From positions 7,641-71,640 of the forward strand of contig JBGZBU010000026.1 in assembly GCA_041844835.1 (NCBI GenBank): a stretch of 64,000 nt of DNA. Direction: 5' to 3'. The notes under the pieces are model-generated. The model was not told where the DNA came from, made no database searches, and saw nothing but the letters and a program-made list of their open reading frames with translations. Shown piece after piece: positions 39,687-49,302 of this stretch; the stretch's first letter is position 1; each line of letters starts with the position of its first letter. This stretch comes from Anaerovoracaceae bacterium. GTDB taxonomy: Bacteria; Bacillota; Clostridia; Peptostreptococcales; Anaerovoracaceae. The position numbers and the translations under genes were made by a program.

Positions 39687-39935
39687 TTTTTCACCTCCTC
39701 GGACTGTTCGGCGGCGCATTTATCATCGCCGCAGAGATAGTTAATAAATTCGACATGATGCCGCAAAATATCTACAGAACCACGCCGAATGATTATATCA
39801 CACTTCAAAAAAATTACAACCCTTCGAGCTTCATTATTCGCCCGCCCCTTGGCATCCGCCATAACGTAAATGAAAGCGGAAGCGATAACGGCACATGCGC
39901 GCATTGTCGCCTTTGTGAATCGAGCCGGATGAATT

Positions 39936-42011
39936 TCAGGACAGCAGATTTGTCATGCTCTTCAGGCTGATCCCCAGCGTCGACACATTGTGAAGCATCG
40001 CCGAAGTAGTCGGCGCTATCAGTCCCAATGCTCCAAGAAGCATCAGACTTCCGTTGAATCCCATGATGAAGCGATAGTTGCGCTTTGTCCTCAGCATAAG
40101 CGCATCGGAGATTCTTTTCAGAACGACGAGTTCCCATAAATCCTCTGCGGATATCACCACATCCGCAATTTCTCTTGCTATCATTGCACCGTCTCCGATG
40201 GCTATACCCATATTCGCCGCCGACAACGCAGGCGAATCATTTATGCCGTCGCCGACCATTACCACGATACGCCCACCGCCGCGTTCGGATTCAATATACG
40301 CCGCTTTTTCATCAGGTAAAATTCCCGCCTTGAAGTCATCCATATCAAGCTGATTTGCTATTATCCTTGCCGTTCCCTCATTATCCCCGGTCAGCATTAC
40401 AATTTTTCCTATTCCGCTGTCCCGAAGCGCCGCTATCACGTCCGCCGCCTCATCCCTCAGTGGGTCGGATATCGAAATGACTGCTTTCAGCCTCCCGGAT
40501 ATTGCGAGGTAGAGCTGCGAGTAAAGAGAATTATTCAATTCTTCCAGTTTAGCTTCATCCCCGGCGGGCACGACAGAACCCTCATCTTCAAATACGAAAT
40601 GATAGCTGCCTATTATCGCCTTTTCGCCGTTTAAACGGCTGGATATCCCGTGCGCCACCACATATTCCACACCTGCATGCATTTCATCATGAACAAGCCC
40701 TCGTTCTTCCGCCGCCTTGATCACCGCATTCGCCATTGAGTGAGGGAAATGCTCTTCAAGGCAAGCCGCGATTCTGAGCATTTCCATCGGATCGCTGTTA
40801 TCGAAAGGAGTCACGTCTTGCACCCTCGGCATCGCTTTCGTGAGCGTGCCGGTTTTGTCGAATACGAGAGTGCCGGCATTCGCCATGCATTCAAGATGCT
40901 TGCCGCCCTTGACGGTGATGCCGTAGTCACTCGATTCACGCATCGCTGCCAGAACTGCAAGCGGCATAGCCAGTTTCAGCGCGCAGGAAAAATCAACCAT
41001 CATGAGTGCCGCCACTTTGCTCGGATTGCGAGTAAGCGCTCCCGTCACAAGTCCCGCAAGCAATGTATACGGAACCAATCTGTCGGCGAGCATACTCGCA
41101 TTCTCCTCCATTTCAGATTTCAAACTCTCGGATTCTTCGATCATTTTCACTATTTTGTCATAACGACTGTCCCCCGTCGTTGCGGTCACACGAAACGCAC
41201 AATCCCCCTCTTCAAGGACTGTCCCCGCATATATCATCGCACCTGCCGATTTTGCAACGGGAACGGATTCTCCCGTAAGAGACGCCTGATTCACCATAAC
41301 GTCACCGTATTCGATAATGCCGTCAAACGGTATCATATTTCCCACATGCACTCTGATGAGATCTCCCGCCTTCACGGTATCGCAGGCAATGCTTTCAAAT
41401 GTGTCACCGCGCAGCGCCCACGCCCTGTCCACGCCTATTGACATCCTGTTTGCGAGATCTCCGATGGACTTCTTGCGTGTCCATTCTTCCATTATCTCTC
41501 CCACGCCCAGCAGAAACATGACATTTCTCGCCGAGTCGAATTCCTTGCGCGCTACGGACAAGGTAAGCGAAACTGCGTCAAGAAGCGTAACCGTAATTTT
41601 CCGACGCATCAATTCCCCGAGCGCCGCGATCACGTGCTTTGACACGCGAAGAGGCACAACCGCATCTCCGATGTGCCGAGGAACAAAAGTTTTAAAAATC
41701 ATCCTTTTCAATACCAGATTGAACAATTTGCAGAAATATTCGCGATTGACGCCGCGAGTGCTGAATATATCCGTTCCCGCGTACTCATTATCCGCAAAGG
41801 AAAAGCCGGATAGGGCGAAAATGAGTTCTTCGCGCGATCCGGTATAGTTTATAATTGCACATCCCGTGCGCTCATGCACTTTCACTTTTGTCACACCCGG
41901 CTGCTTTTCGAGCCAGAATTCAAGCAAATCGGCATCATCAAGAGGCATGTTTCCTCTCATGGTATCTATGCGCATGCGACCCGCAATATCATGTTTTATC
42001 AAAAATCTCAT
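39936..42011 (-). CDS. P1B-type (heavy-metal-like) P-type ATPase with a non-canonical FSCA transmembrane motif and a Cys-less N-terminal domain
   Basis: It has DKTGTLT, TGDN and GDGINDSPAL. The TM segment reads VDFSCALKLAMP where CPC-type pumps have CPCALGLATP. The N-terminal HMA-like fold has no CxxC. Confidence 0.85.
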   Translation of the reverse strand: MRFLIKHDIAGRMRIDTMRGNMPLDDADLLEFWLEKQPGVTKVKVHERTGCAIINYTGSREELIFALSGFSFADNEYAGTDIFSTRGVNREYFCKLFNLVLKRMIFKTFVPRHIGDAVVPLRVSKHVIAALGELMRRKITVTLLDAVSLTLSVARKEFDSARNVMFLLGVGEIMEEWTRKKSIGDLANRMSIGVDRAWALRGDTFESIACDTVKAGDLIRVHVGNMIPFDGIIEYGDVMVNQASLTGESVPVAKSAGAMIYAGTVLEEGDCAFRVTATTGDSRYDKIVKMIEESESLKSEMEENASMLADRLVPYTLLAGLVTGALTRNPSKVAALMMVDFSCALKLAMPLAVLAAMRESSDYGITVKGGKHLECMANAGTLVFDKTGTLTKAMPRVQDVTPFDNSDPMEMLRIAACLEEHFPHSMANAVIKAAEERGLVHDEMHAGVEYVVAHGISSRLNGEKAIIGSYHFVFEDEGSVVPAGDEAKLEELNNSLYSQLYLAISGRLKAVISISDPLRDEAADVIAALRDSGIGKIVMLTGDNEGTARIIANQLDMDDFKAGILPDEKAAYIESERGGGRIVVMVGDGINDSPALSAANMGIAIGDGAMIAREIADVVISAEDLWELVVLKRISDALMLRTKRNYRFIMGFNGSLMLLGALGLIAPTTSAMLHNVSTLGISLKSMTNLLS

Positions 42012-42053
42012 AAAACGGCCTCTTCCGTCTCTTTCATTTTACAGAGCATCAAT

Positions 42054-42326
42054 TTACAACGCGGCTTCAACAACTGCTGCGCCGCTTTCATCCGATGCTT
42101 TCATCTCGGCTTTTACCGCATTTAGAGCCTTTGCTTCCGCCAAGATGTCTTCCGCATTTTCCTGCAATGAAACCGTCTTTGAAATAACGCCGTCTTTTGC
42201 TCTCAATCCCGCCGCGGCAACATTGACTACAGCCTTTCTGAGCATAGGATTTGACAAAACCTTGTCTCCAAACGCACCGCATATCAGCCCCGCCGCAAAA
42301 GTGCCCGCATATTTATAAATTCCCAT
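42054..42326 (-). CDS. Small (about 90 aa) protein of unknown function, N-terminal hydrophobic helix plus Ala/Lys-rich helix
   Basis: The ATG at 42326 is preceded by a GGAGG RBS. It lies directly upstream of, and co-directional with, the ATPase gene. Confidence 0.55.
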   Translation of the reverse strand: MGIYKYAGTFAAGLICGAFGDKVLSNPMLRKAVVNVAAAGLRAKDGVISKTVSLQENAEDILAEAKALNAVKAEMKASDESGAAVVEAAL

Positions 42327-42529
42327 CACAAAACCTCCTCACAAATTAAAACATAAGTAAAATCCGCACATCTGCGCAATAAAAATCATATGCCTAAACA
42401 GTCCGAAAAATGGGAAGCTATATTTTTCGTATTTTCAGGTGGAATGAACATCGGAGCAATTGAAAATCTCCACAGTTCATGCGCTGAAATGATACCATAA
42501 ATTTATTCTTTTTTCAAATGGAATCAATC

Positions 42530-42558
42530 TTTACAAACGATGTGGGCGGCGATATAAT
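42530..42558 (+). promoter_or_regulatory. Sigma-70-type promoter for the ABC transporter operon
   Basis: TTTACA (42530-42535), a 17-nt spacer, then TATAAT (42553-42558). Confidence 0.55.
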
Positions 42559-42653
42559 ATGGGCAATGGTTATCAATAACTAACCGATGTGCATGCTATC
42601 CACACTTCCATGTTTTTTGCAGGCGATTTTTTATAAGCGAAAGGAGTGTACAA

Positions 42654-43352
42654 ATGTTTATAAACATCTCTGATTTGCATAAATCCTACCATATCGGGGA
42701 AACGGAGTACTCAATACTGAAGGGCGTCAATTGCAAAATTGAAGCCGGAGAAATATGTACATTTCTGGGACCGTCAGGTTCCGGGAAATCAACGCTTCTC
42801 AACATAATCGGCGGAATTGACAAAATGGATAAAGGAGAACTTTCTGTTGCAGGATGCTCCATAGGGGAGTTAAATGATGCCCAACTCGGGCGCTATCGCA
42901 GAAATGAGCTCGGTTTTGTTTTTCAGTTTTACAATCTGATTCCAAATCTAACCGTTAAAGAAAATATCGAAATCGGCGCGTTTCTTAGCAAGAATCCCCT
43001 TGATATTGATGAGCTGCTAAAGACTCTGGGCTTGGAGGCCCATAAAAACAAGTTTCCGGCACAGATCTCAGGCGGGCAGCAACAACGGACCAGCATCGGG
43101 CGCGCCGTGGTAAAAAATCCGTCCCTCCTCATATGTGACGAGCCGACCGGTTCGCTGGACTACGAGACATCCCTTGATGTACTCGAATTAATACAGGATA
43201 TAAACAAACGGTACCGCACGACATTTCTTATTGCAACACACAATTCGGAGATATGCAAAATGTCGCATCGTTCATTTATGATGCGCGATGGAACACTGAT
43301 AGAGCGGCCTCGTAATGCAAGCATAACTTCAGCTCGCAATTTAAGGTGGTGA
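42654..43352 (+). CDS. ABC transporter ATP-binding protein (MacB/LolD-like)
   Basis: It has Walker A GPSGSGKST, the signature ISGGQQQR and Walker B LLICDEPT. Confidence 0.9.
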   Translation: MFINISDLHKSYHIGETEYSILKGVNCKIEAGEICTFLGPSGSGKSTLLNIIGGIDKMDKGELSVAGCSIGELNDAQLGRYRRNELGFVFQFYNLIPNLTVKENIEIGAFLSKNPLDIDELLKTLGLEAHKNKFPAQISGGQQQRTSIGRAVVKNPSLLICDEPTGSLDYETSLDVLELIQDINKRYRTTFLIATHNSEICKMSHRSFMMRDGTLIERPRNASITSARNLRW

Positions 43353-43356
43353 TGTT

Positions 43357-45600
43357 ATGAAAAAAAGATATATGCGCGATCTCATGAGCAACAAGGGACG
43401 ATATGCTTCCATATTTCTTATCACATTCCTGCTGATCGGTTTTATTTCTTCATTTTTCATTGCCCAAGGTTCCGTTGATCATGTATTCCACGATTCATGG
43501 GAGCGAGGCAATGTGGAAGACGGACAGCTGACATTCTCGAGCGAACTTACCCAAAACCAGCTTGAACAATTTGCGCGTCACGATTGCGATTATGAAAAAA
43601 TGTTCTATCGCGAATTTGAAAAAGACAAGCAAATTTTTCGCATTTTTAAGAACAGAGAAACAATTAATAAAGCTGAGCTTTTTGAGGGGCGATTCGCGAA
43701 AAGCAAAGGGGAAATAGCGCTGGAAAGGTTGTATGCGAAAAATAACGGATATGCGCTCGGGGATACCGTAAAAATAGGCGGGCACAAATTTAAAATCGTG
43801 GGAATAACGGCGCTGCCCGATTATTCCGCATTAATCTGCAATCCCAGCGATTTCATGATGAACAATCAGGATTTTTGTCTGGGATTGGTGAGCGAAGAGC
43901 AATTCAATGCAATAGCGGACGGAAGAATCGTTTACAGATACTCCTACACCCGCGCATCCGACAAGGGTTCCGTTTCATCAAAAAATGATCATCTCAAGGA
44001 ATTATCGTCATCGCTGACAAACAGCGGCGCCCTTATCACTTCAATGAGCATTGCCGAATTGAATCCGAGCATATCACTCGTTTCCGACGACATGGGCGGT
44101 GACGTCCCTATGATGAGCATCCTTATGGTTCTGGCGATGCTGATAATCGCTCTCATTTTTGCAGCCATTTCAAAATCTTCCGTGGAGGAAGAGGCCGCAG
44201 TTATAGGAACGCTTCTGGCTACGGGCTACTCAAAAAAGGAAATTATAGGATACTATATCAAACTGCCGCTGCTGATAACGCTTGCATCATGCGTAATAGG
44301 AAACATTCTTGCGTACGTCGTTATAAGCGACATATATTTCGATATGTACTACAAAAGTTACAGTCTGTTTCCGAGAATAACGGTGATTAATCCGAGGGCG
44401 TTTGCGATAACAACTTTTACGCCGCTGCTGCTCGTATTCCTGCTCAATTACGCGACATTAGCCCGCCGCCTGAAACTTCCGATAGTTGATTTTCTGCGTG
44501 AAAATCTGATGCACTCATTTTCTAATAATGCATCGGAGCTGAGAGGCTTTTCATTTGCCAGTCGCGTTCGCCTGCGCTTGTTCAGATGGAATATAAGCGT
44601 ATATGCCGTGATGCTTCTCGGCGTTTTGATCGGAAATATGATGCTGATGTACGGATCGTCAATGCAGCCTATGCTTGAAAATTATGTAGATGTATTGGAT
44701 AGTCGGATGCATTACACAAATCAATATATCTTGCGCGCGCCGATAGAGGGAATTCCCGAGACGGAATTTGAAAAGGTTACGTATGCGCGCTTTTCTTCTT
44801 CGCAAAAACCGCTTAAAAAGGAGCTGGGACTGCACATCTTCGGCATCACGAACGATAACCGATTTTTCTCAAGCTACGGGCTAAAGGGGAATGAAGTATA
44901 TATTTCCGAGGGAACTTCAAAACGCCTGCATGCAAAGGTGGGCGATACGATATCGGTAGACAATAAAATCAAAAATAAAAAATACGAATTGAAAGTGGTC
45001 GGAATAAATGACTACTCCGCAGGGCTTGCCGTTTTCATGGCGCGCGAAGAGCTGAACGAGATGATTGGAATTCCCCCTGAGTCTTACAATTCGATATTGT
45101 CCGACAAGGAGCTGGATCTGCCCGATGAAATTTTAGTGAGCAGCATTTCCGCAGATATTGTCAAGGGTGTCGGGGAACAACTAATAAAACTGCTTAAGGA
45201 ATTTGCCGTAATTATGACGATAGTTTCCCTGGCGATTTATATGGTCATCTATTATGTGCTTACAAAAATTGTTCTCGAAAGGTCAAGACGACAAATAGCG
45301 TATTTGAAGATATTCGGATATACTAACGCGGAAATCAGAAAATTCTACATTACCGTATCAAGCGCAGTTCTGGTGGTAATTTCGGCGATCAGCATCCCCG
45401 TGCTGATGCTGATACTGCCGCGTTTAACGACCGCCGCAATGTCAAAATTCGACGGCTATATGCCGATTGAAATATCTCCGTGGCGGTATGCAGCGGTCAG
45501 CTTGTGCGGTATCGCGGTATATTTCTTGATAAATCTGCTCAATTTGCGCAAGATCCGCAAAATTGAAATGAACGAAGCGCTGAAGGTATCGGCGGGCTGA
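43357..45600 (+). CDS. FtsX-family ABC transporter permease (duplicated FtsX module with large extracytoplasmic domains)
   Basis: The 747-aa protein has two TM clusters, each preceded by a large soluble domain. It starts 4 nt after the ATPase gene. Confidence 0.8.
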   Translation: MKKRYMRDLMSNKGRYASIFLITFLLIGFISSFFIAQGSVDHVFHDSWERGNVEDGQLTFSSELTQNQLEQFARHDCDYEKMFYREFEKDKQIFRIFKNRETINKAELFEGRFAKSKGEIALERLYAKNNGYALGDTVKIGGHKFKIVGITALPDYSALICNPSDFMMNNQDFCLGLVSEEQFNAIADGRIVYRYSYTRASDKGSVSSKNDHLKELSSSLTNSGALITSMSIAELNPSISLVSDDMGGDVPMMSILMVLAMLIIALIFAAISKSSVEEEAAVIGTLLATGYSKKEIIGYYIKLPLLITLASCVIGNILAYVVISDIYFDMYYKSYSLFPRITVINPRAFAITTFTPLLLVFLLNYATLARRLKLPIVDFLRENLMHSFSNNASELRGFSFASRVRLRLFRWNISVYAVMLLGVLIGNMMLMYGSSMQPMLENYVDVLDSRMHYTNQYILRAPIEGIPETEFEKVTYARFSSSQKPLKKELGLHIFGITNDNRFFSSYGLKGNEVYISEGTSKRLHAKVGDTISVDNKIKNKKYELKVVGINDYSAGLAVFMAREELNEMIGIPPESYNSILSDKELDLPDEILVSSISADIVKGVGEQLIKLLKEFAVIMTIVSLAIYMVIYYVLTKIVLERSRRQIAYLKIFGYTNAEIRKFYITVSSAVLVVISAISIPVLMLILPRLTTAAMSKFDGYMPIEISPWRYAAVSLCGIAVYFLINLLNLRKIRKIEMNEALKVSAG

Positions 45601-45664
45601 TAAAGTACCTTTGTTGATTTATTGACGCTTTCCCTTTAAGCTATCATCCACAACTGGGTCGTGT

Positions 45665-46111
45665 TTAACTATCCATCGTTATCAGATACGCAACTTCCTC
45701 TTCTGTGTCGTATATACACATAGAAACATTTGTGTATTTTTGTGTCTCTGGATTTCGATCAACGAACATCCAATAGCCGTCGGGTATCTCTGGAAGCTCA
45801 ACATAATCGGATATGCTTGCTAAAAACAACTCGACATCTTCAGAGATGGGAAGACTATTCCACTTTAAGAGCTCTTTTTGAGACTCGCTATCCAAAGTTA
45901 TTTTATACAAGGCAATTCCCTCATAAGGAAATCCCGCATAATTATTAAATAACTCTTCAAACTCGAGGCTGCCTTTGTCAACTTCAAGTTCGAAGTCTCT
46001 TACAAATTGTGTCTTAGCATCTCCTCTTACTCCGTTAAAAGCACATGCTCCCAAAAGAGAAGCGATTATTAACAACATTGTTGCATACATAAGCAGATTT
46101 ATCTTTTTCAT
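45665..46111 (-). CDS. Lipoprotein of unknown function
   Basis: The signal peptide carries a lipobox (LLGAC). The mature part is acidic. Confidence 0.6.
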   Translation of the reverse strand: MKKINLLMYATMLLIIASLLGACAFNGVRGDAKTQFVRDFELEVDKGSLEFEELFNNYAGFPYEGIALYKITLDSESQKELLKWNSLPISEDVELFLASISDYVELPEIPDGYWMFVDRNPETQKYTNVSMCIYDTEEEVAYLITMDS

Positions 46112-46437
46112 TTTTACATCCTATGCATTAAGCCGAAAAAGATATATTTACATTGATTTTGTGCAATACACTCGTATGCTGGCAAAGCCAAGCCCAATTG
46201 TTGACAATTCCAGTGAAAAGGCTGTCATAATTCATCAACGCAAAATCATAAAGATCATAAACAGCCACCTTATACGTACTTCCAGATTTGGTTCTGATAC
46301 TTCAAAGCACGGTTCATAATGCACCTCCTGTAGTGGTTATGGCCATCTTTACAGCTAGCAACTTCTAACCAAATTGAGTATAGCACATACTTTCGATAGT
46401 ATGCAACCCAGTCCGCCGCCTCATCAGCCGTCGTTTA

Positions 46438-48192
46438 TCAGTCCGCCACCTTGTTATAGAGCTTGTAATAGTATCCTCGGCGCTGCAGCAGGTTTTCATG
46501 CGTGCCTTCTTCTATTATTGCACCGCCCGCCATAACGATTATTCTATCTGCATTCACAACGGTTGACAGCCTGTGTGCTATCGTTATCGTTGTACGCCCC
46601 TTTGCAAGGTCCTCAAGCGACTCCTGCACCACGATTTCACTCTTGTTATCAAGCGCGGACGTTGCCTCATCCAGTATGAGTATCGGCGGATTTTTCAGGA
46701 AAACACGAGCTATTGAGATGCGCTGTTTTTGCCCTCCCGACAATTTCATTCCACGTTCGCCCACATATGTGTCGAAGCCGTTTTCAAGCGCCATGATGAA
46801 ATCATATGCGCCCGCAAGACGAGCCGCTTCCTCGACATCAGCACGGGATGCGTCCGGTTTCCCGTATAAAATGTTATCATGTATGCTGCCTGAAAACATA
46901 TACACGTCCTGCTGCACTATTCCAATGTTATTTCTAAGCGAATGCAGGCTTATATCCTTGACATTCATTCCGTCAATTTTAACAGCTCCGGAGTTCACAT
47001 CCCAAAACCGCGGAATCAAACTGCATATTGTAGTTTTCCCCTCACCCGAGGGACCTACGATCGCCACATTCTCGCCGGGGCGCACATGCAAATTGAAACC
47101 GTCAAGGACATAATCCGAGTCATCCGCATAGCGGAACGATACATCCGCAAGCTCGATATCCCCTTTAACATCCTTGAGATTAAACGCATTCCGGGAATCT
47201 TTGATTTTAGGCTCTTCATCCATTATCTCCGCAAATCTTTCGATACCGGTAATCCCTCTCTGAAATTGCTCCGTAAACTCCACTATCCGTCTCACCGTCA
47301 TAAGCAAACTGCCGACGTACATTATGTACACTATCATATCCGCGGGAGAAATTTCTCCGCGAAGCATGAGCACACCTCCGAGAGCTATAACTATGAGATA
47401 CATTATTCCGTCAAACATGCGGGTCACTGTAAGAAAACTCGCAAAAGAACGATAAAACATTTTCTTAATTGAAAGGAATTTTGAATTATCTTCCTCGAAT
47501 CTTTCGATTTCTATATCTTCATTTGCAAAAGATCTGACTACGCGCACCCCTGAAATGCTGTCCTCTATTCTCGAATTCAGCTCGCCTATTTGCGCTCTCT
47601 GCTGCTTTGCAGCGCGCCTCATCCCCCTGCTTGAGCGTCTTGCAAGGAAAATCATAAGAGGGATAGTCACGTAAATTGCAAGTGTCATGACGGGGCTCGT
47701 ATTGAAAAGGATGGCGAACGAAACTGCAATTTTAACCGCCCCTATAAAATACTCTTCCGGGCAATGGTGCGCGAATTCGGTAATATCAAACAGATCGTTC
47801 GTGAGCCTGGACATAATCTGCCCTACCTTATTTTCATTGTAAAATTCATCCGACAGCGTTTGCAAATGATGATAAAGATCGCTGCGCATATCGGTCTCGA
47901 TTTTTGCGCCCATGATATGCCCGACGTTTGCCATGTAGTATGCCGCCGTTATGTCTACCGCCTTGATTATGGCGAAAAGCAGTGAGCATTTTACAATCGC
48001 CGCCACGGTGAGCAGGCCCATGCCTTGCATTCCCAAATTTGCAAGATATCTCAATATAAGGGGTAGTATCATCTCCGATCCGGTCGTGAGCAGTGCGCAG
48101 AACAAATCCAATATCAAAATCATTCTGTATTTTTTGAAATACGGGCGAAAACGCCCGAGCAGATACAAATTATTTTTCATTATTCTAAACAT
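46438..48192 (-). CDS. ABC exporter, fused permease/ATP-binding protein (MsbA/type IV exporter-like)
   Basis: Six N-terminal TM helices are followed by Walker A GPSGEGKTT, LSGGQKQR and ILILDEATSALD. Confidence 0.9.
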   Translation of the reverse strand: MFRIMKNNLYLLGRFRPYFKKYRMILILDLFCALLTTGSEMILPLILRYLANLGMQGMGLLTVAAIVKCSLLFAIIKAVDITAAYYMANVGHIMGAKIETDMRSDLYHHLQTLSDEFYNENKVGQIMSRLTNDLFDITEFAHHCPEEYFIGAVKIAVSFAILFNTSPVMTLAIYVTIPLMIFLARRSSRGMRRAAKQQRAQIGELNSRIEDSISGVRVVRSFANEDIEIERFEEDNSKFLSIKKMFYRSFASFLTVTRMFDGIMYLIVIALGGVLMLRGEISPADMIVYIMYVGSLLMTVRRIVEFTEQFQRGITGIERFAEIMDEEPKIKDSRNAFNLKDVKGDIELADVSFRYADDSDYVLDGFNLHVRPGENVAIVGPSGEGKTTICSLIPRFWDVNSGAVKIDGMNVKDISLHSLRNNIGIVQQDVYMFSGSIHDNILYGKPDASRADVEEAARLAGAYDFIMALENGFDTYVGERGMKLSGGQKQRISIARVFLKNPPILILDEATSALDNKSEIVVQESLEDLAKGRTTITIAHRLSTVVNADRIIVMAGGAIIEEGTHENLLQRRGYYYKLYNKVAD

Positions 48193-48240
48193 CCCCCTTT
48201 TTCTGTTGTATCCCTGTTATATGCTTTCTGTTGTATGCCC

Positions 48241-48300
48241 GTCACATGTTTGATACATGTTTATTTTTTATTTGTTTTATTCTCTTTTTATACATGCGTT
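48241..48300. repeat. ACATGT-core T-rich element related to 8129-8205
   Basis: GTCACATGTTTG (48241-48252) is identical to 8163-8174. ACATGT occurs at 48244 and 48255, and ACATGC at 48292. TTTTTTATTTG is shared with 8300-8315 and 52160-52175. Confidence 0.7.
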
Positions 48301-48322
48301 TGGAATCGCGTGACGTTTGCCG

Positions 48323-48949
48323 TCAAATATAATCGTATCCGATCACATTGCCCTCGGACACGCGAAGGTGAAATCCACGCCCGGGGACAGGCATTCGCTT
48401 AAATGTGTGATCGAATTCGTCAGGAAAGATTATCTGCATTATTTTGCCGATCACGCCTCCGTGGCAAACCGCCAATGTGCGCGCCGCCTGTTCCCGATGC
48501 CGCAATTGCAGCTCTTTTGCCGCATGCGCATTCAATAAATCTCTAAACCCCTTATTCACTCTGCATCCAAAAGAATTTCTGCTGTCGCTGCCGCCGGGCA
48601 GAGGCATATCCGAATTCTCGGGTTTAAGCCAGTTTCTGTATACCTCATCTTTTACTATGATATCGCTCGGCGTACACTCGTAATCGCCGAAATCAAATTC
48701 GCGAAATTCTTTGATGACACAAAAATCCACATCTCCCCATATGTGCTTCAATGTCTGCACTGCCCGCGTCATTCCGGAAGTGTAAAAGCTTATATCATTT
48801 CCCGACGGATAAATACCATCCGATACATACTCATCAAGCTGCGCATACGCCTCGTCTATAAGCGGCACATCCGTGCTGCCGTAGTACCAGTCCTTGATAT
48901 TCCCCTCCGTGAGACCGTGCCTTATTAAAAAAATTGCAGATTCCTTCAT
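48323..48949 (-). CDS. Histidine phosphatase family protein (phosphoglycerate-mutase-like)
   Basis: It has the catalytic RHG motif LIRHGLTEGN and a second His in VCHGGVI. Confidence 0.8.
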   Translation of the reverse strand: MKESAIFLIRHGLTEGNIKDWYYGSTDVPLIDEAYAQLDEYVSDGIYPSGNDISFYTSGMTRAVQTLKHIWGDVDFCVIKEFREFDFGDYECTPSDIIVKDEVYRNWLKPENSDMPLPGGSDSRNSFGCRVNKGFRDLLNAHAAKELQLRHREQAARTLAVCHGGVIGKIMQIIFPDEFDHTFKRMPVPGRGFHLRVSEGNVIGYDYI

Positions 48950-49302
48950 CGTTAAACACCCGTATCCTTACTAAAGATCCTTATCTTCTACATGGCATTA
49001 TCTTACACTTAGTTTTGTCCGATTTGTCCGGCAGCTCAAGAATTAAAATCACTGATTTTGAAATAACCGATATACACGGCAATACTCCTCCTATACACGA
49101 TTTAATTGACATCACGTGCCGCGCCTGCACTATGTCCGCTTGAAATCATCAATGTTCAGCTGCGCCATATTCAATTGACATCATCAATGCTTCGGATGCG
49201 CCAATGTTTCACTTTGACAGCGCTCAACTTGCTTGATACTTCCGACTGACAGCACTCAACTTGCTTGATGCTGCTAACTGATCGCCAATTTGCAATACAC
49301 AA

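Noticed and set aside
42586-42600. A DnaA-box-like word (CTATCCACA) near the ABC transporter promoter, given the origin-proximal gene content.
   Set aside because: It is a single imperfect box. There is no cluster, no AT-rich unwinding element and no dnaA/dnaN in the window.
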